From Planctomycetota bacterium (GTDB lineage: Bacteria; Planctomycetota; B15-G4; JADJEK01), in assembly GCA_016709145.1 (NCBI GenBank), contig JADJEK010000007.1, forward strand, positions 129,328 through 193,327: DNA of 64,000 nucleotides, written 5' to 3'. Of the stretch, positions 30,941-41,075 are shown piece by piece. The position numbers and the translations under genes are program-made. Below the pieces are notes generated by a model. It saw nothing but the letters and a program-made list of their open reading frames with translations. It searched no databases and was not told the DNA's origin. Each line of letters opens with the position of its first letter. Position 1 is the stretch's first letter.

Positions 30941-31357
30941 ATGTTCGACGTGCGTGATCTGCCGGGCGTGAACGCGGTGCTGAACGCCACGGCAGCGACT
31001 CTGCTCGTGATCGGCTACGTCCTGATCAAGAACCGCCGCGAGGCCGCGCACAAGGCCTGCATGCTGGCGGCCACCGTCTGTTCGGCGTTGTTCCTGATCA
31101 GTTACCTCGTCTACCACGCGCAAGTCGGCTCGGTGAAGTTCCAGGGCCAAGGCACGATCCGCACGGTCTACTTCGCGATCCTGCTCAGCCACACCGTGCT
31201 CGCGGTCGTGAACGTGCCGCTCGTGATCCTGACGCTCGTGCGCGCGTTCAAGGGCGATCGCGAACGGCACAAGAAGATCGCGCGCATCACGCTGCCGCTG
31301 TGGATCTACGTCTCGATCACGGGCATCGTCGTCTACTGGATGCTCTACCGGATGTGA
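30941..31357 (+). CDS. DUF420-family small membrane protein
   Basis: 138 aa, four predicted TM helices. Conserved layout MFD...LPGVNAVLNATAA...KNRREAAHKACMLAA...YFAILLSHTVLA typical of DUF420 (YozB-like), which is frequently found beside ctaA/ctaB. Confidence 0.7.
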   Translation: MFDVRDLPGVNAVLNATAATLLVIGYVLIKNRREAAHKACMLAATVCSALFLISYLVYHAQVGSVKFQGQGTIRTVYFAILLSHTVLAVVNVPLVILTLVRAFKGDRERHKKIARITLPLWIYVSITGIVVYWMLYRM

Positions 31358-31362
31358 GAGGT

Positions 31363-32889
31363 ATGGGCGAACGCGCGCGCGGCTCGTTGCGGGAAGTTCG
31401 ACGACGCGCGTGGTTCTGCCTCGTCGTGGTCGTGGTGCTCGTACGCCTCGCGTTGCTCGCGTTCGGCCGCGTGCCGCCCGTCGACGCCTTCTACTTGAAC
31501 GGTGCGCTGCAGCTCGCGCACGGCCGAGCGCCGTACGAGGACTTCACGCACGTCGCGTTCCCGTGCGTCGAGTGGTGCTATGCGCTGCTGTTCCGGTGCT
31601 TCGACGCGCGCCTCTGCGCGGCCTCGGCTTTGACCGGTGTGGTCGTGCTGCTGACGGTCGCGCTGTGGTTCAAGGCGCTCGTACCGCGCGTCGGCGCTCG
31701 CGCCGCGGCGATCGGTTGCGCGCTGTACGCGACCTGCGCGCCGCTCGTCGCGTTCGCGCCGTTCCAGCGCGAAGTGTGGACGAACCTGCTGCTCGCGGCC
31801 GCGTTCGAGCGCGCATTGCGACGCAAGGCCACGGGCGACGCGGATTCCGCCGTCGCCGGCGCCTGGCTCGCGGGGGCGTTGTTGGCGAAGTTGACGGCGG
31901 GCGTCGGCGCGATCGCGCTCGCGCTCGAATGGCTCGCGAGTCGGCGCCCGCGACTCGCGCTCGTCGCGGGCGGCGTCGCGGCGCTCGTGCTCGCGACGTT
32001 CAGCGCCGCGTGCTTCGCGCGCTGGGAAGGCGAGTTCGCGGCGCAGGTGTTCGCGTTCTACGCGTTCAAGGGCGAGGCCGGTTCGGCCTCCGAACGCGCG
32101 ATCGCGATCCTGCGCTCGCTCGACCCTTGCCTCGCGCTCGGCGTGTTCGGCATCGGCTTCGCGGCTGTCACGCGACGACTCCGAGCGGCGCGACCGTTCG
32201 TGCTGCTGCTCTGCCTCTGGCTCGCGCACTACGTCTTCGTCTCGCCGTCGTTCTGGGACCACAACGCGATCGACCTCGCGCTGCCGGCCGCGGCGCTGGC
32301 CGCGTTCGCGATCCGCGCGCTCACGATCCGTCGGCGCCGCACCCTCGCGATCGCGGCGTGCGTCGTCGCCATCTGCGTCGGCGCGCGCGGGGCCGCTGGC
32401 GATCGCCCGGCGTGGTTCCCGCACGGCTTCGGCGGCGGTGTCGATCGGACCACGTCGAGCGCGATCTCGACCAAAGTGCGCGAGGCCGGCACGCCGGACC
32501 AACTGGTCGTGACCGGGACCCCGCTGCATGCGCTCGAGTCCGGTCGAACGCCGCTGGTCTCCGACTTCGAACTCGAACCGGTCGCTCGCGGCGTTCTGCT
32601 CGAGTTGCGTCGCTTCGGCATCCGCGCGGCGTTCGCGCGCAAAGGCGAGGGCGTGCTGCTCGGCGTGCCGATCGAGCAACGCATGCCCGCCCCACCGGGA
32701 TCGCTGTTCGCGCAACGCGTATTCGGCAACGCGCTGCATCACGTCTTGCCGCGCATGCTCGACGCGATCGACCGTCGCGAGGTCGCCGCGGTCCACCTCC
32801 CGGGCGGCCTGCCTGGACTCACCGAGCGCTTGACCAAGCGCGGCTACGTCCTCGCCGACGTCGACCTCTGGCTGATCGGCGCGCCTTGA
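31363..32889 (+). CDS. Polytopic membrane protein, possibly GT-C-type (PMT/ArnT-like) glycosyltransferase
   Basis: About 10 hydrophobic segments in first 330 aa, then a soluble C-terminal domain. Assignment by architecture only; no catalytic motif verified. Confidence 0.4.
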   Translation: MGERARGSLREVRRRAWFCLVVVVVLVRLALLAFGRVPPVDAFYLNGALQLAHGRAPYEDFTHVAFPCVEWCYALLFRCFDARLCAASALTGVVVLLTVALWFKALVPRVGARAAAIGCALYATCAPLVAFAPFQREVWTNLLLAAAFERALRRKATGDADSAVAGAWLAGALLAKLTAGVGAIALALEWLASRRPRLALVAGGVAALVLATFSAACFARWEGEFAAQVFAFYAFKGEAGSASERAIAILRSLDPCLALGVFGIGFAAVTRRLRAARPFVLLLCLWLAHYVFVSPSFWDHNAIDLALPAAALAAFAIRALTIRRRRTLAIAACVVAICVGARGAAGDRPAWFPHGFGGGVDRTTSSAISTKVREAGTPDQLVVTGTPLHALESGRTPLVSDFELEPVARGVLLELRRFGIRAAFARKGEGVLLGVPIEQRMPAPPGSLFAQRVFGNALHHVLPRMLDAIDRREVAAVHLPGGLPGLTERLTKRGYVLADVDLWLIGAP

Positions 32890-32929
32890 ACGGATCGCAA
32901 CGAGGGCTCGGTCCGATAGGATCCCGCCC

Positions 32930-34078
32930 ATGATCCCCCGTGAGATCGCGCAAGCCCGCGAACGCCGCACGCTCGAGCCCTACGCCCTGTTCTCGGGCGA
33001 CTCGCGCGGACGGCGGCACGCCGAACCCGACGACGAATTCCGCACCTGTTGGCAACGCGATCGCGATCGCGTGATCCACTCCACGGCGTTCCGCCGGCTC
33101 GAATACAAGACGCAGGTGTTCGCGAACCACGAGGGCGACTACTACCGCACGCGCCTCACGCACTCGCTCGAGGTCGCGCAGATCGCGCGTTCGGTGGCGC
33201 ATGCGCTGGGCCTGAACGAAGGCTTCGTCGAGTGCCTGTCGCTCGCGCACGACCTCGGTCATCCGCCGTTCGGCCACGCCGGCGGTGAAGCGCTGCATGC
33301 GCGCATGGCCGACCACGGCGGCTTCGAGCACAACGTGCAAGGGCTGCGCATCGTCGATCGACTGGAGCAGCGCTACCCGAACTTCCCGGGCTTGAACCTC
33401 ACGTTCGAGATCCGCGAAGCGATCCTGAAGCACGGACCGACCGGCCCGGACGCCAAGGCGCCCGAGTTCACGCCGATGCGCCCGCCCGCGCTCGAGACGC
33501 AGCTCGTCGATCTCGCCGACTTCGCCGCGTACCAACACCACGATCTCGACGACGGTCTGCGCAGCGGCATGCTGCAGCTCGAGCCGATGGCGCGCGAAGT
33601 TCGCCTGGTCGGTGAAGCACTCACTGCGGCGCGACGCGATCATCCGCGCGCGGAAGGCCGCACGCTGCATCGCTTGGTCGTCGGGGCGGTCGTGAAGCGC
33701 TCGATCGTCGACTTGATCAAAACCTCGGCGGAGCGCCTTGCCGAGGCCGCGCCCAAGGACTCCGACGCCGCTCGCGCGCAAGTCGGATTGATCGCGTTCT
33801 CGCCGGCCATCGCGACGGCGCAGGACGAGCTGCACGAATGGCTGTTCACGCACTTCTACCGCCACGGTCACGTGGTCCGCATGATGGAGAAGGCGAAGCG
33901 CCTGCTGTCCGAGATGTTCGACGTCTACGTCGATGCGCCCGAACTGCTGCCGCAGAACTTCCAGGAATGGGTCGAGCGCGAGGGCGCGCATCGCGCCGTC
34001 TGCGATTACCTCGCGGGGATGACCGATCGTTACGCGGAGAAGGACTGGCGCGACCTGTTCTTCCCTTCGGGTCGCTGA
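32930..34078 (+). CDS. dgt: dGTP triphosphohydrolase-like HD-domain protein
   Basis: RDRDRVIHSTAFRRLEYKTQVF, RLTHSLEVAQIAR, HDLGHPPFGH. HD motif and dGTPase family organisation. Confidence 0.85.
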   Translation: MIPREIAQARERRTLEPYALFSGDSRGRRHAEPDDEFRTCWQRDRDRVIHSTAFRRLEYKTQVFANHEGDYYRTRLTHSLEVAQIARSVAHALGLNEGFVECLSLAHDLGHPPFGHAGGEALHARMADHGGFEHNVQGLRIVDRLEQRYPNFPGLNLTFEIREAILKHGPTGPDAKAPEFTPMRPPALETQLVDLADFAAYQHHDLDDGLRSGMLQLEPMAREVRLVGEALTAARRDHPRAEGRTLHRLVVGAVVKRSIVDLIKTSAERLAEAAPKDSDAARAQVGLIAFSPAIATAQDELHEWLFTHFYRHGHVVRMMEKAKRLLSEMFDVYVDAPELLPQNFQEWVEREGAHRAVCDYLAGMTDRYAEKDWRDLFFPSGR

Positions 34079-34083
34079 GGCGT

Positions 34084-34836
34084 ATGGATCCCCACGCCGA
34101 CGAAGCCGCCAAGGAGAACGCGCTGCGACTCGATCGCTGCGAGAAGGCGGTCGGATATCGCTTCACCGATCGCTCGTTGCTCGAACTCGCGCTGACGCAC
34201 TCGAGCCTGCGCGATCCGTGGACCGAATCGAACGAACGCCTCGAGTACCTCGGCGACGCCGTGGTCGGCTTGGTGGTGTCCGAACACTTGTTCTGCGCGC
34301 ACCCGAAGTCGCAAGAAGGCGAACTCACTCGCTTGCGTTCGTTGATCGTGTCGCGCGACTCGCTCGCGAACGTCGCGAAAGAACTCGACCTGCGCGCGTA
34401 CCTGCGCGTCGGCAAGGGCATGAAGCACGGCAAGTCGCTGCCGCCCTCGCTGCTGACGAACACCGTCGAAGCACTGATCGGCGCGATCTACCTCGACGCC
34501 GGCTTCGAGGCCGCGCGCGCCGTCGTGTTGACGTGGCTCGAGAACCACATCCTGAAGGCCCAACGCAAGCGCGCGATCGAGAACTTCAAAGCGGAGTTCC
34601 AGCACGTCGCGCAGGTGCGTACCGGCAAGACGCCGACTTACGACCTGATCGAGAGCATCGGTCCCGACCACAAGAAGAGGTTCGTGGTGAAGGCGCACTT
34701 GCAAGAGCGCGAGTTCCCCCCGGCGACGGGCTCGTCGAAGAAGCAAGCCGAACAGCGCGCGGCCAAGGAAGCCCTGAAGCTGTTCCGATCCGAAGCGAGC
34801 GTCGATGTCCCGACTGCCGATCCCACCGCTTCCTGA
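34084..34836 (+). CDS. rnc: Ribonuclease III
   Basis: RNase III signature ERLEYLGDAV and C-terminal dsRBD (KTPTYDLIE...KRFVV...GSSKKQAEQRAAKEAL). Length 250 aa confirmed by codon count from the track ORF. Confidence 0.9.
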   Translation: MDPHADEAAKENALRLDRCEKAVGYRFTDRSLLELALTHSSLRDPWTESNERLEYLGDAVVGLVVSEHLFCAHPKSQEGELTRLRSLIVSRDSLANVAKELDLRAYLRVGKGMKHGKSLPPSLLTNTVEALIGAIYLDAGFEAARAVVLTWLENHILKAQRKRAIENFKAEFQHVAQVRTGKTPTYDLIESIGPDHKKRFVVKAHLQEREFPPATGSSKKQAEQRAAKEALKLFRSEASVDVPTADPTAS

Positions 34837-37800
34837 CGCGTCGCTCGCGTTCCTCGAGCGAGGACGCGCGCAGCGGATCGCGCTCGGCGGCGTCTACGGC
34901 TCGATGAAGGCGCTGCTGTTGGCCGAGGCCGCGCAGCGTGGCCCCGTGTTCGCGATCGTGCCCGACGTGGTCGAGGCCGAAGCGATCGAGGACGACCTGC
35001 GCGCGTTCGCGGCGGGCGTCGACGCGGTGGTGTTCCGCCCCGCGGACCAAGAAGCCGAGAACAGCGCCGAAGCGCGCGCGGAAGCCTCCGAACGCCTCGC
35101 GCAACTGCTGCGGCTGTGCGATCCGAAGCGCGGCGCGATCGTCGTCGCGCCGGTCGCGGTCCTGCTCGAAGCACTGCCGCAGCGCGCGTCGATCGACGAA
35201 CACACGCGACGCTTCGCCGTCGGCGAACGACTCGACGTGGCGGAACTGCGCCGCCTCGCGATGCTCGCGGGCTTCATGCTGGTGCCGATGGTCGCGTCGC
35301 CGGCCGAACTCTCGATCCGCGGCGACATCGTCGACGTGTTCCCGCTCGGCGAGGACAAACCGCTGCGCGTCGAGCTGTTCGACGACGTCATCGAGTCGAT
35401 CCGTGTGTTCGATCCCGAGACGCAGCGCTCGCAGGAACAGCGCCGCGAGTTCCGCCTGCCGCTGCTGAAGCCGGGCGCGATGGCGCGCGCGGTGGAGCGC
35501 CGCAGCTTCCTCGATCAAGAGCTCGCGCCCCACACCCTGGTGATGCGCTTCGAGCCCGACGCACTGCGCGACCGCCTCAGCGAACACGCGTTCGCGTTCG
35601 AGGTCGACAAGGGCGCGCGCGTACGCGCCGAGACGGTGTTGCGCGAAGGCATCGGGATCGACGTGTTCGGCCCACGCGTCGCCGAGGGCGATCTCGGCGC
35701 GAACCTCGACGTATTGTCCGTGCAAGGATTCGGCGGTGGCATCGACCTCCTGCCGCAATCGGTCGCGACGCTGCGGCAACACGTCGATCGCGTCGTGCTG
35801 TTCGCCGAGACCGACGGTGAACTCAAGCGCATCGCGAAGCTGCTCGCCGAACGCGATCTCATGAGCGACGCGATCGTGTTGCGTCGTGGTCGCCTGCGAC
35901 ACGGCTTCCAGGACCGCCAACGCCGCGTCGCCGTGCTCAACTTCCACGAGCTGCTCGGCAAGCCGCGCATCTGGCGGCCCAAGCCGAAGAAGCCCGCCGT
36001 CCCGGCGCGCGCGATCTCGAACCTGCTCGAGCTGAACGAAGGCGACTACGTCGTCCACCTCACGCACGGCATCGCGCGCTATCGCGGTCTGATCCGCATG
36101 AAGCGCGATCTCGGCGAGGAGGACTTCCTCGTCCTCGAGTTCGACGGCGGCACGACGTACTACCTGCCCGCCGCGAAGATCGACCTCGTGCAGCGCTACA
36201 TCGGCACCGGCGCCGAAGCTCCGAAGCTCGACAAGATCGGCGGCAAGTCGTGGGCGAACAAGAAGGCGAAGGTCCAGACCGCCCTGCTCGAGATCGCCGA
36301 TCGCCTGCTCGAAGTGCAGGCCGCGCGCGAGCTGCGCCCGGGACTCGTGCATCGACGCGACGATCCGTTGGTCGAGGAGTTCGAGCGTTCGTTCCCGTTC
36401 GTCGACACGCCGGACCAGGCGCGCACGATGCGCGAGGTCCACGCCGACTTCGACGGCGACAAGCCGATGGACCGCTTGCTGTGCGGCGACGTCGGTTTCG
36501 GCAAGACCGAGATGGCATTGCGCGCCGCGTTCCGCGTCGTGCTCGGCGGTCGCCAGGTCGCGGTGCTCGTGCCGACCACGCTGCTCGCCGAGCAGCACTA
36601 CCAGACGATCGCCTCGCGCTTCGCGAACTACCCGATCCGAGCCGCGGTGCTGTCGCGCTTCCAGTCGGCAAAGGCGCAGAAGGCCGCGGCCGAAGGGGCG
36701 CGCGCCGGCACGATCGACATCCTCGTCGGCACGCATCGCTTGCTGTCGAAGGACGTGGACTTCAAGAACCTCGGCCTCGTCGTCATCGACGAGGAGCAGC
36801 GCTTCGGCGTCAAGGCCAAGGAAGCGCTGAAAGCGCTGCGCGCGAACGTCGACGTGCTCACGCTGACCGCGACTCCGATCCCGCGCACGCTGCACATGGC
36901 GATGGTCGGCATCCGCGCGATCTCGTCGCTGAACACGCCGCCCGCGGGGCGCAGGCCCGTGCGCACCGAGATCCGCCGCTTCGACGACGACTTCGTCCGC
37001 CGCGCGATCTTGCACGAGCAGAACCGCGGGGGTCAGGTGTTCTTCGTCCACAACCGCGTGGCGCACCTCGAGCGCATCGCCGAGCGCTTGCTGAAGGTCG
37101 CACCGTCGTGCCGCCCCGTGCTCGCGCACGGCCAGATGGACGAACGCTCGCTCGAGGACGCGCTGCGCGCGTTCGCGGCCGGTGAGGCCGACGTGCTCGT
37201 GTCGACGAACATCATCGAGGCCGGTCTCGACCTGCCGCGGGCGAACACGATCTTCATCGATCGTCCGGAGATGTTCGGGCTCGCCGACCTGCATCAGTTG
37301 CGCGGACGCGTCGGGCGCTCGGACAAGCAGGCGTATTGCTACCTGCTGGTCGGCGACGGGCCGCTGCAAGACGACGCCGAGCGGCGATTGAAAGCGGTCG
37401 AGGAACTCGCGCACCTCGGCGCCGGCTACGACCTGTCGATCCGCGACCTCGAGATCCGCGGCGCCGGCAACCTCGTCGGCGCCGAGCAGAGCGGCACGAT
37501 CGCCGCGGTCGGTTACGACCTCTACGTGCAACTCCTGCGGCGCGCGATCCACAAGGCCAAGGGCACGCCCCCGCCGCCCGAGCCCGTCGACACCGACATC
37601 GACCTTGGCGTCGACGCGTTCCTCCCGGTCGAATACGTGCCGGATTCGGCGCAGCGCATGGAACTGTTGCGGCGCCTCGGCGCGCCCGACGGTCCGCCGC
37701 TCGCCGAGATGGAGGCGGAACTGCGCGATCGCTTCGGCCGCGTGCCGAAGGCGGCTCGCCAGTTGTTGATCGTGTTCGCACTGAAGCGACGACTGCGCGA

Positions 37801-38026
37801 GCTCGGCGTGCGTCGCATGCTCTACCCGGGTGGTCGGTTCGTGTTCCTCGACGTCGACTCGATGAAGCGGTTCCAGAAGGACTCGCCGTTCCAGGCCAAC
37901 GAGCTGGTGCCGCAGAGCGCCGCGCTGATCCACTTGCGCTTGCCGCAGGTGGTGACCACGAACGAGCAGATCCTGACCTGGCTCGCGCAGCGCATGTTCG
38001 CTCGGCCCGAGGCGGGCGTGCGATGA
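34805..38026 (+). CDS. mfd: Transcription-repair coupling factor
   Basis: 1073 aa. UvrB-homology N-terminus, RNAP-interaction domain, superfamily-2 translocase motifs (GDVGFGKTEMA, DEEQRFG, TATPIPRTL, VHNRV, QLRGRVGRS) and C-terminal TRG motif region. Overlaps the rnc 3' end by 32 nt. Confidence 0.95.
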   Translation: MSRLPIPPLPDASLAFLERGRAQRIALGGVYGSMKALLLAEAAQRGPVFAIVPDVVEAEAIEDDLRAFAAGVDAVVFRPADQEAENSAEARAEASERLAQLLRLCDPKRGAIVVAPVAVLLEALPQRASIDEHTRRFAVGERLDVAELRRLAMLAGFMLVPMVASPAELSIRGDIVDVFPLGEDKPLRVELFDDVIESIRVFDPETQRSQEQRREFRLPLLKPGAMARAVERRSFLDQELAPHTLVMRFEPDALRDRLSEHAFAFEVDKGARVRAETVLREGIGIDVFGPRVAEGDLGANLDVLSVQGFGGGIDLLPQSVATLRQHVDRVVLFAETDGELKRIAKLLAERDLMSDAIVLRRGRLRHGFQDRQRRVAVLNFHELLGKPRIWRPKPKKPAVPARAISNLLELNEGDYVVHLTHGIARYRGLIRMKRDLGEEDFLVLEFDGGTTYYLPAAKIDLVQRYIGTGAEAPKLDKIGGKSWANKKAKVQTALLEIADRLLEVQAARELRPGLVHRRDDPLVEEFERSFPFVDTPDQARTMREVHADFDGDKPMDRLLCGDVGFGKTEMALRAAFRVVLGGRQVAVLVPTTLLAEQHYQTIASRFANYPIRAAVLSRFQSAKAQKAAAEGARAGTIDILVGTHRLLSKDVDFKNLGLVVIDEEQRFGVKAKEALKALRANVDVLTLTATPIPRTLHMAMVGIRAISSLNTPPAGRRPVRTEIRRFDDDFVRRAILHEQNRGGQVFFVHNRVAHLERIAERLLKVAPSCRPVLAHGQMDERSLEDALRAFAAGEADVLVSTNIIEAGLDLPRANTIFIDRPEMFGLADLHQLRGRVGRSDKQAYCYLLVGDGPLQDDAERRLKAVEELAHLGAGYDLSIRDLEIRGAGNLVGAEQSGTIAAVGYDLYVQLLRRAIHKAKGTPPPPEPVDTDIDLGVDAFLPVEYVPDSAQRMELLRRLGAPDGPPLAEMEAELRDRFGRVPKAARQLLIVFALKRRLRELGVRRMLYPGGRFVFLDVDSMKRFQKDSPFQANELVPQSAALIHLRLPQVVTTNEQILTWLAQRMFARPEAGVR

Positions 38027-39048
38027 AGCGCGTCGTGCTCGCGATCGCGCTGATCGCACCGCTCTCGTTCGCGCAGGAGCGCAAGCGCTACGACTCCGTG
38101 CTGGCCACGGTGAACGGAGCCGCGATCACCGAGAGCGAAGTCGACGAGTTCGCGCAGGTGCTCGGACCGAACGCGGGGCCGACCGACGCGATCGTGCGGG
38201 AGCTCGTGTTGACACGACTCGAGGCCGATGCCGCGGCGGCGGCCGGCGTCAAAGTCCCCGACGACGTGTTGAACGACGAGATGGACCGACGCGCGGCCGC
38301 GCTCGGGGGGACGGAGGCCTATCGCAAGGCACTGATCGGCTTCGGCCGCTCGGCCGAGCAGGATCGCGAGTTCGTTCGCAAGCGACTCGCCGCCCGCGCG
38401 TGGGTCGACGCGACGGTGGGCTTGGTCCCGAACTCGCCGCTGCTGCGTCCTGAACTCGCGCGTTCGGTGCGCGTGTCTCCCGAGGAAGTGCGCGCGTTCT
38501 TCGAGACCAATCGCGCGACGCTGCAGACGGCGCGCGTGCGGACCGTCGCCTACGTCGTGCTCCACAAGGGTGACTTCGACCGTGATGCGGAGGCCCTTGC
38601 CAGCGCACGTGCGCTGCGGGAGCGCGTGACGCCGACCTGCGACCTCGCGGCGACCGCAGCGAAGGCCGGGATCGCCCGCTGCGGGACTTGGACTTTCCGC
38701 GGCGACGACACGCTCGGGCTCCGGGCGGAGGTCGTTCGCGCGGCCTGGACGCTTCCGGTCGGCGAGGTCGCTGCACCGGTGGACCAAGGCAAGACCCTGC
38801 TCCTGCTCCACGTGCTGAGCGAAGAAGGCGGGACCACCGTGGCGTTCGAGGACGTCCAGGACGCCATCCAACGGCATCTGATCGGCCAGAAACGGGCTTC
38901 CGCGCGAGCGGCGCTCGACCGCGACCTGCTCGAACGGGCGACCGTGCACCCCGCGGACCTGTTCGGGGCGACCCCAGCCCCGCCGGCGCCCGCCAGCAAG
39001 GGTGTCCCGGAGCGGGAGGCCGCGTCCGCAGCCTCCGACGGCGGCTGA
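38023..39048 (+). CDS. SurA-like periplasmic chaperone / parvulin-type PPIase-domain protein
   Basis: Signal peptide MKRVVLAIALIAPLSFAQE. SurA-N-like helical domain and degenerate PpiC-like region. ATGA overlap with the mfd stop. Confidence 0.55.
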   Translation: MKRVVLAIALIAPLSFAQERKRYDSVLATVNGAAITESEVDEFAQVLGPNAGPTDAIVRELVLTRLEADAAAAAGVKVPDDVLNDEMDRRAAALGGTEAYRKALIGFGRSAEQDREFVRKRLAARAWVDATVGLVPNSPLLRPELARSVRVSPEEVRAFFETNRATLQTARVRTVAYVVLHKGDFDRDAEALASARALRERVTPTCDLAATAAKAGIARCGTWTFRGDDTLGLRAEVVRAAWTLPVGEVAAPVDQGKTLLLLHVLSEEGGTTVAFEDVQDAIQRHLIGQKRASARAALDRDLLERATVHPADLFGATPAPPAPASKGVPEREAASAASDGG

Positions 39049-39276
39049 TGCGGAAGCGCGGACCGGGGCTCGCGGCGCCGGCGCGGATTCCCACCTCGGG
39101 AATGCATGAAGTCGGTGACCCCGAGGTCCTTGCGCGGTATCCGTCGCCACCTAGAATCCGAAAACTTCCGAACCGTCCTCTACTTGCACCGTTCGAGCGG
39201 TGACGTCGAACTCCATCGTGCCCCAGTCCGGTGCGACGTGCGTTCGACCTTCATCCAGCTCGCGGGAGACCTAGGA

Positions 39277-40824
39277 ATGAGCGAAGCACAGATCCCCGTC
39301 CCCCAGATCCAGGCCACGCGCGCCCATCCGGGCCTCGAAGAGCAATCCTTCGAGGACGCGCTGCGCGAACAACTGCGCAAGGCGCCCTGGCTGATGGTGT
39401 CGATCGGTCTCCACGTGCTGATCGGCCTGATCATGAGCCAGTTCATGACGGGCACGGTCAAGATCAAGAAAGAGACACTCTCGATCCAGGCCAAGATGGC
39501 GGACGAAGAGATCGATCCGATCGAGCCCGAGAAGCCGCCGGAGCCGGAAGAGCAAAAGCCCGAAGAGACGGAGACGGAAGTCGACGACCCGATCGTGCAA
39601 GAAGACGTGGTCGAGACCGAAGAGGTCGCCGACACCACCAACGATCAACCGCTGTCCGACGCCCCGTTCGAGGGCAAGGGCAAGAACGACGTGCTCGGCG
39701 TCGGCGGCGGCGCCGGTGGTCGCTCGGGCGGCAAGTACGGTCGTCGCGGCGGTGGCAAGGGCGGCGGCAAGGCCTCGCAGAAGGCCGTCGACGCCGGTCT
39801 GGAATGGCTGAAGCGCCACCAGAACGAGAAGGGCTACTGGTCGGCCGACGGCTTCTCGCAGATGTGCACGACGAACAAGTGCGACGGCGAAGGTGAGCAG
39901 ATGCACAGCGTCGGCGTCACCGGACTCGCGCTGCTCGCGTTCCTCGGCGCCGGCAACACCGTCAACAACGGCAAGTACAAGAACGTCGTCAAGAAAGGTC
40001 TGAAGTACCTGGTCGACATCCAGGACCAGGAGACCGGCTGCTTCGGCGAGGTCAACTCGCACCAGGCGTTCCTGTACGACCACTCGATCGCGACGCTCGC
40101 GGTCACCGAAGGCTACGGCCTGTCGAAGTGGCCGATCCTGAAGGACCCGGCGCAGAAGGGCGTGCGCTTCATCCAGCAGGCGCGCAACCCCTACAAGGCT
40201 TGGCGCTACGCGTATCCGCCCGATGGCCAGAACGACGTCTCGGTCACGGGCTGGATGGTCATGGTGTTGAAGTCCGCGGAAGACTTCGGCCTGCAGGTCG
40301 ACCATGCCGCGATCGACGGCGCCAAGATGTTCGTCGACGAGATGACCGACGAGAACTCGTGGCGAACCGGCTACATCCAGAAGGGTGGCTACTCGGCGCG
40401 CGAACCCGGCATGGCCGAGCGTTGGCCGGAGCAGAAGACCGAAGCCATGACCGCGGTCGGCATGCTCTGCCGCGTGTTCACGGGTGAGGACACCGAGAAG
40501 AGCCCCGCGTTGCGCGGTGGCGCCGACCTGCTGCGCAAGCAGCTCCCGACCTGGGACGAGAAGGAAGGCACCATCGATTACTACTACTGGTATTACGGCT
40601 CGTACGCGATGTTCCAGATGGCCGGCCAGGACTGGGACAAGTGGCAGGTGAAGATGCTCGACGCGGTCGTCAAGACGCAGCGTCAGGACGGTTGCGAACA
40701 GGGTTCGTGGGACCCGCAGTTCGATCCGTGGGGTCACCGCGGTGGTCGCGTCTACTCGACGGCGATCATGACGCTGTGCCTCGAGGTCTACTACCGCTAC
40801 GACAAGGTCCTCGGCTCGCGCTGA
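39277..40824 (+). CDS. TM-anchored QW-repeat protein (prenyltransferase/squalene-cyclase-like alpha/alpha-toroid domain), paralog 1
   Basis: Cytoplasmic N-terminus, single TM (APWLMVSIGLHVLIGLIMSQF), Pro/Glu-rich linker (PEKPPEPEEQKPEETETE), Gly-rich stretch, then QW-type repeats (LEWLKRHQNEKGYWS; QDQETGCFG; WRTGYIQKGG; CEQGSWDP). ATG is residue 58 of the track ORF. Confidence 0.7.
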   Translation: MSEAQIPVPQIQATRAHPGLEEQSFEDALREQLRKAPWLMVSIGLHVLIGLIMSQFMTGTVKIKKETLSIQAKMADEEIDPIEPEKPPEPEEQKPEETETEVDDPIVQEDVVETEEVADTTNDQPLSDAPFEGKGKNDVLGVGGGAGGRSGGKYGRRGGGKGGGKASQKAVDAGLEWLKRHQNEKGYWSADGFSQMCTTNKCDGEGEQMHSVGVTGLALLAFLGAGNTVNNGKYKNVVKKGLKYLVDIQDQETGCFGEVNSHQAFLYDHSIATLAVTEGYGLSKWPILKDPAQKGVRFIQQARNPYKAWRYAYPPDGQNDVSVTGWMVMVLKSAEDFGLQVDHAAIDGAKMFVDEMTDENSWRTGYIQKGGYSAREPGMAERWPEQKTEAMTAVGMLCRVFTGEDTEKSPALRGGADLLRKQLPTWDEKEGTIDYYYWYYGSYAMFQMAGQDWDKWQVKMLDAVVKTQRQDGCEQGSWDPQFDPWGHRGGRVYSTAIMTLCLEVYYRYDKVLGSR

Positions 40825-40847
40825 GCCGCGAACGAGACTGAACGACC

Positions 40848-40888
40848 GAAGAGGCCCGCGTCGATCCACGATCGACGCGGGCCTCTTC
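40848..40888 (+). terminator. Intrinsic-terminator-like hairpin after QW-repeat paralog 1
   Basis: Perfect 19-bp inverted repeat gaagaggcccgcgtcgatc-cac-gatcgacgcgggcctcttc beginning ~24 nt after the stop. No U-tract (common in high-GC genomes). Confidence 0.5.
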
Positions 40889-41075
40889 GCTTGCATCACG
40901 GTGCGCGCGCCCGAAGTCGGCCACACACAGAACCGCTCGTTCGAACGAATCTCGCGATCCTGCGTGAACCCGTCGCACGACGACCGCGTTGGTTCCACTC
41001 ATCCAAACGGGCGCACATCGACCGCGGCGATGGGAGCACCCGAGGCTTCGAACCCTCGACCTCAGGGAGGACCCC

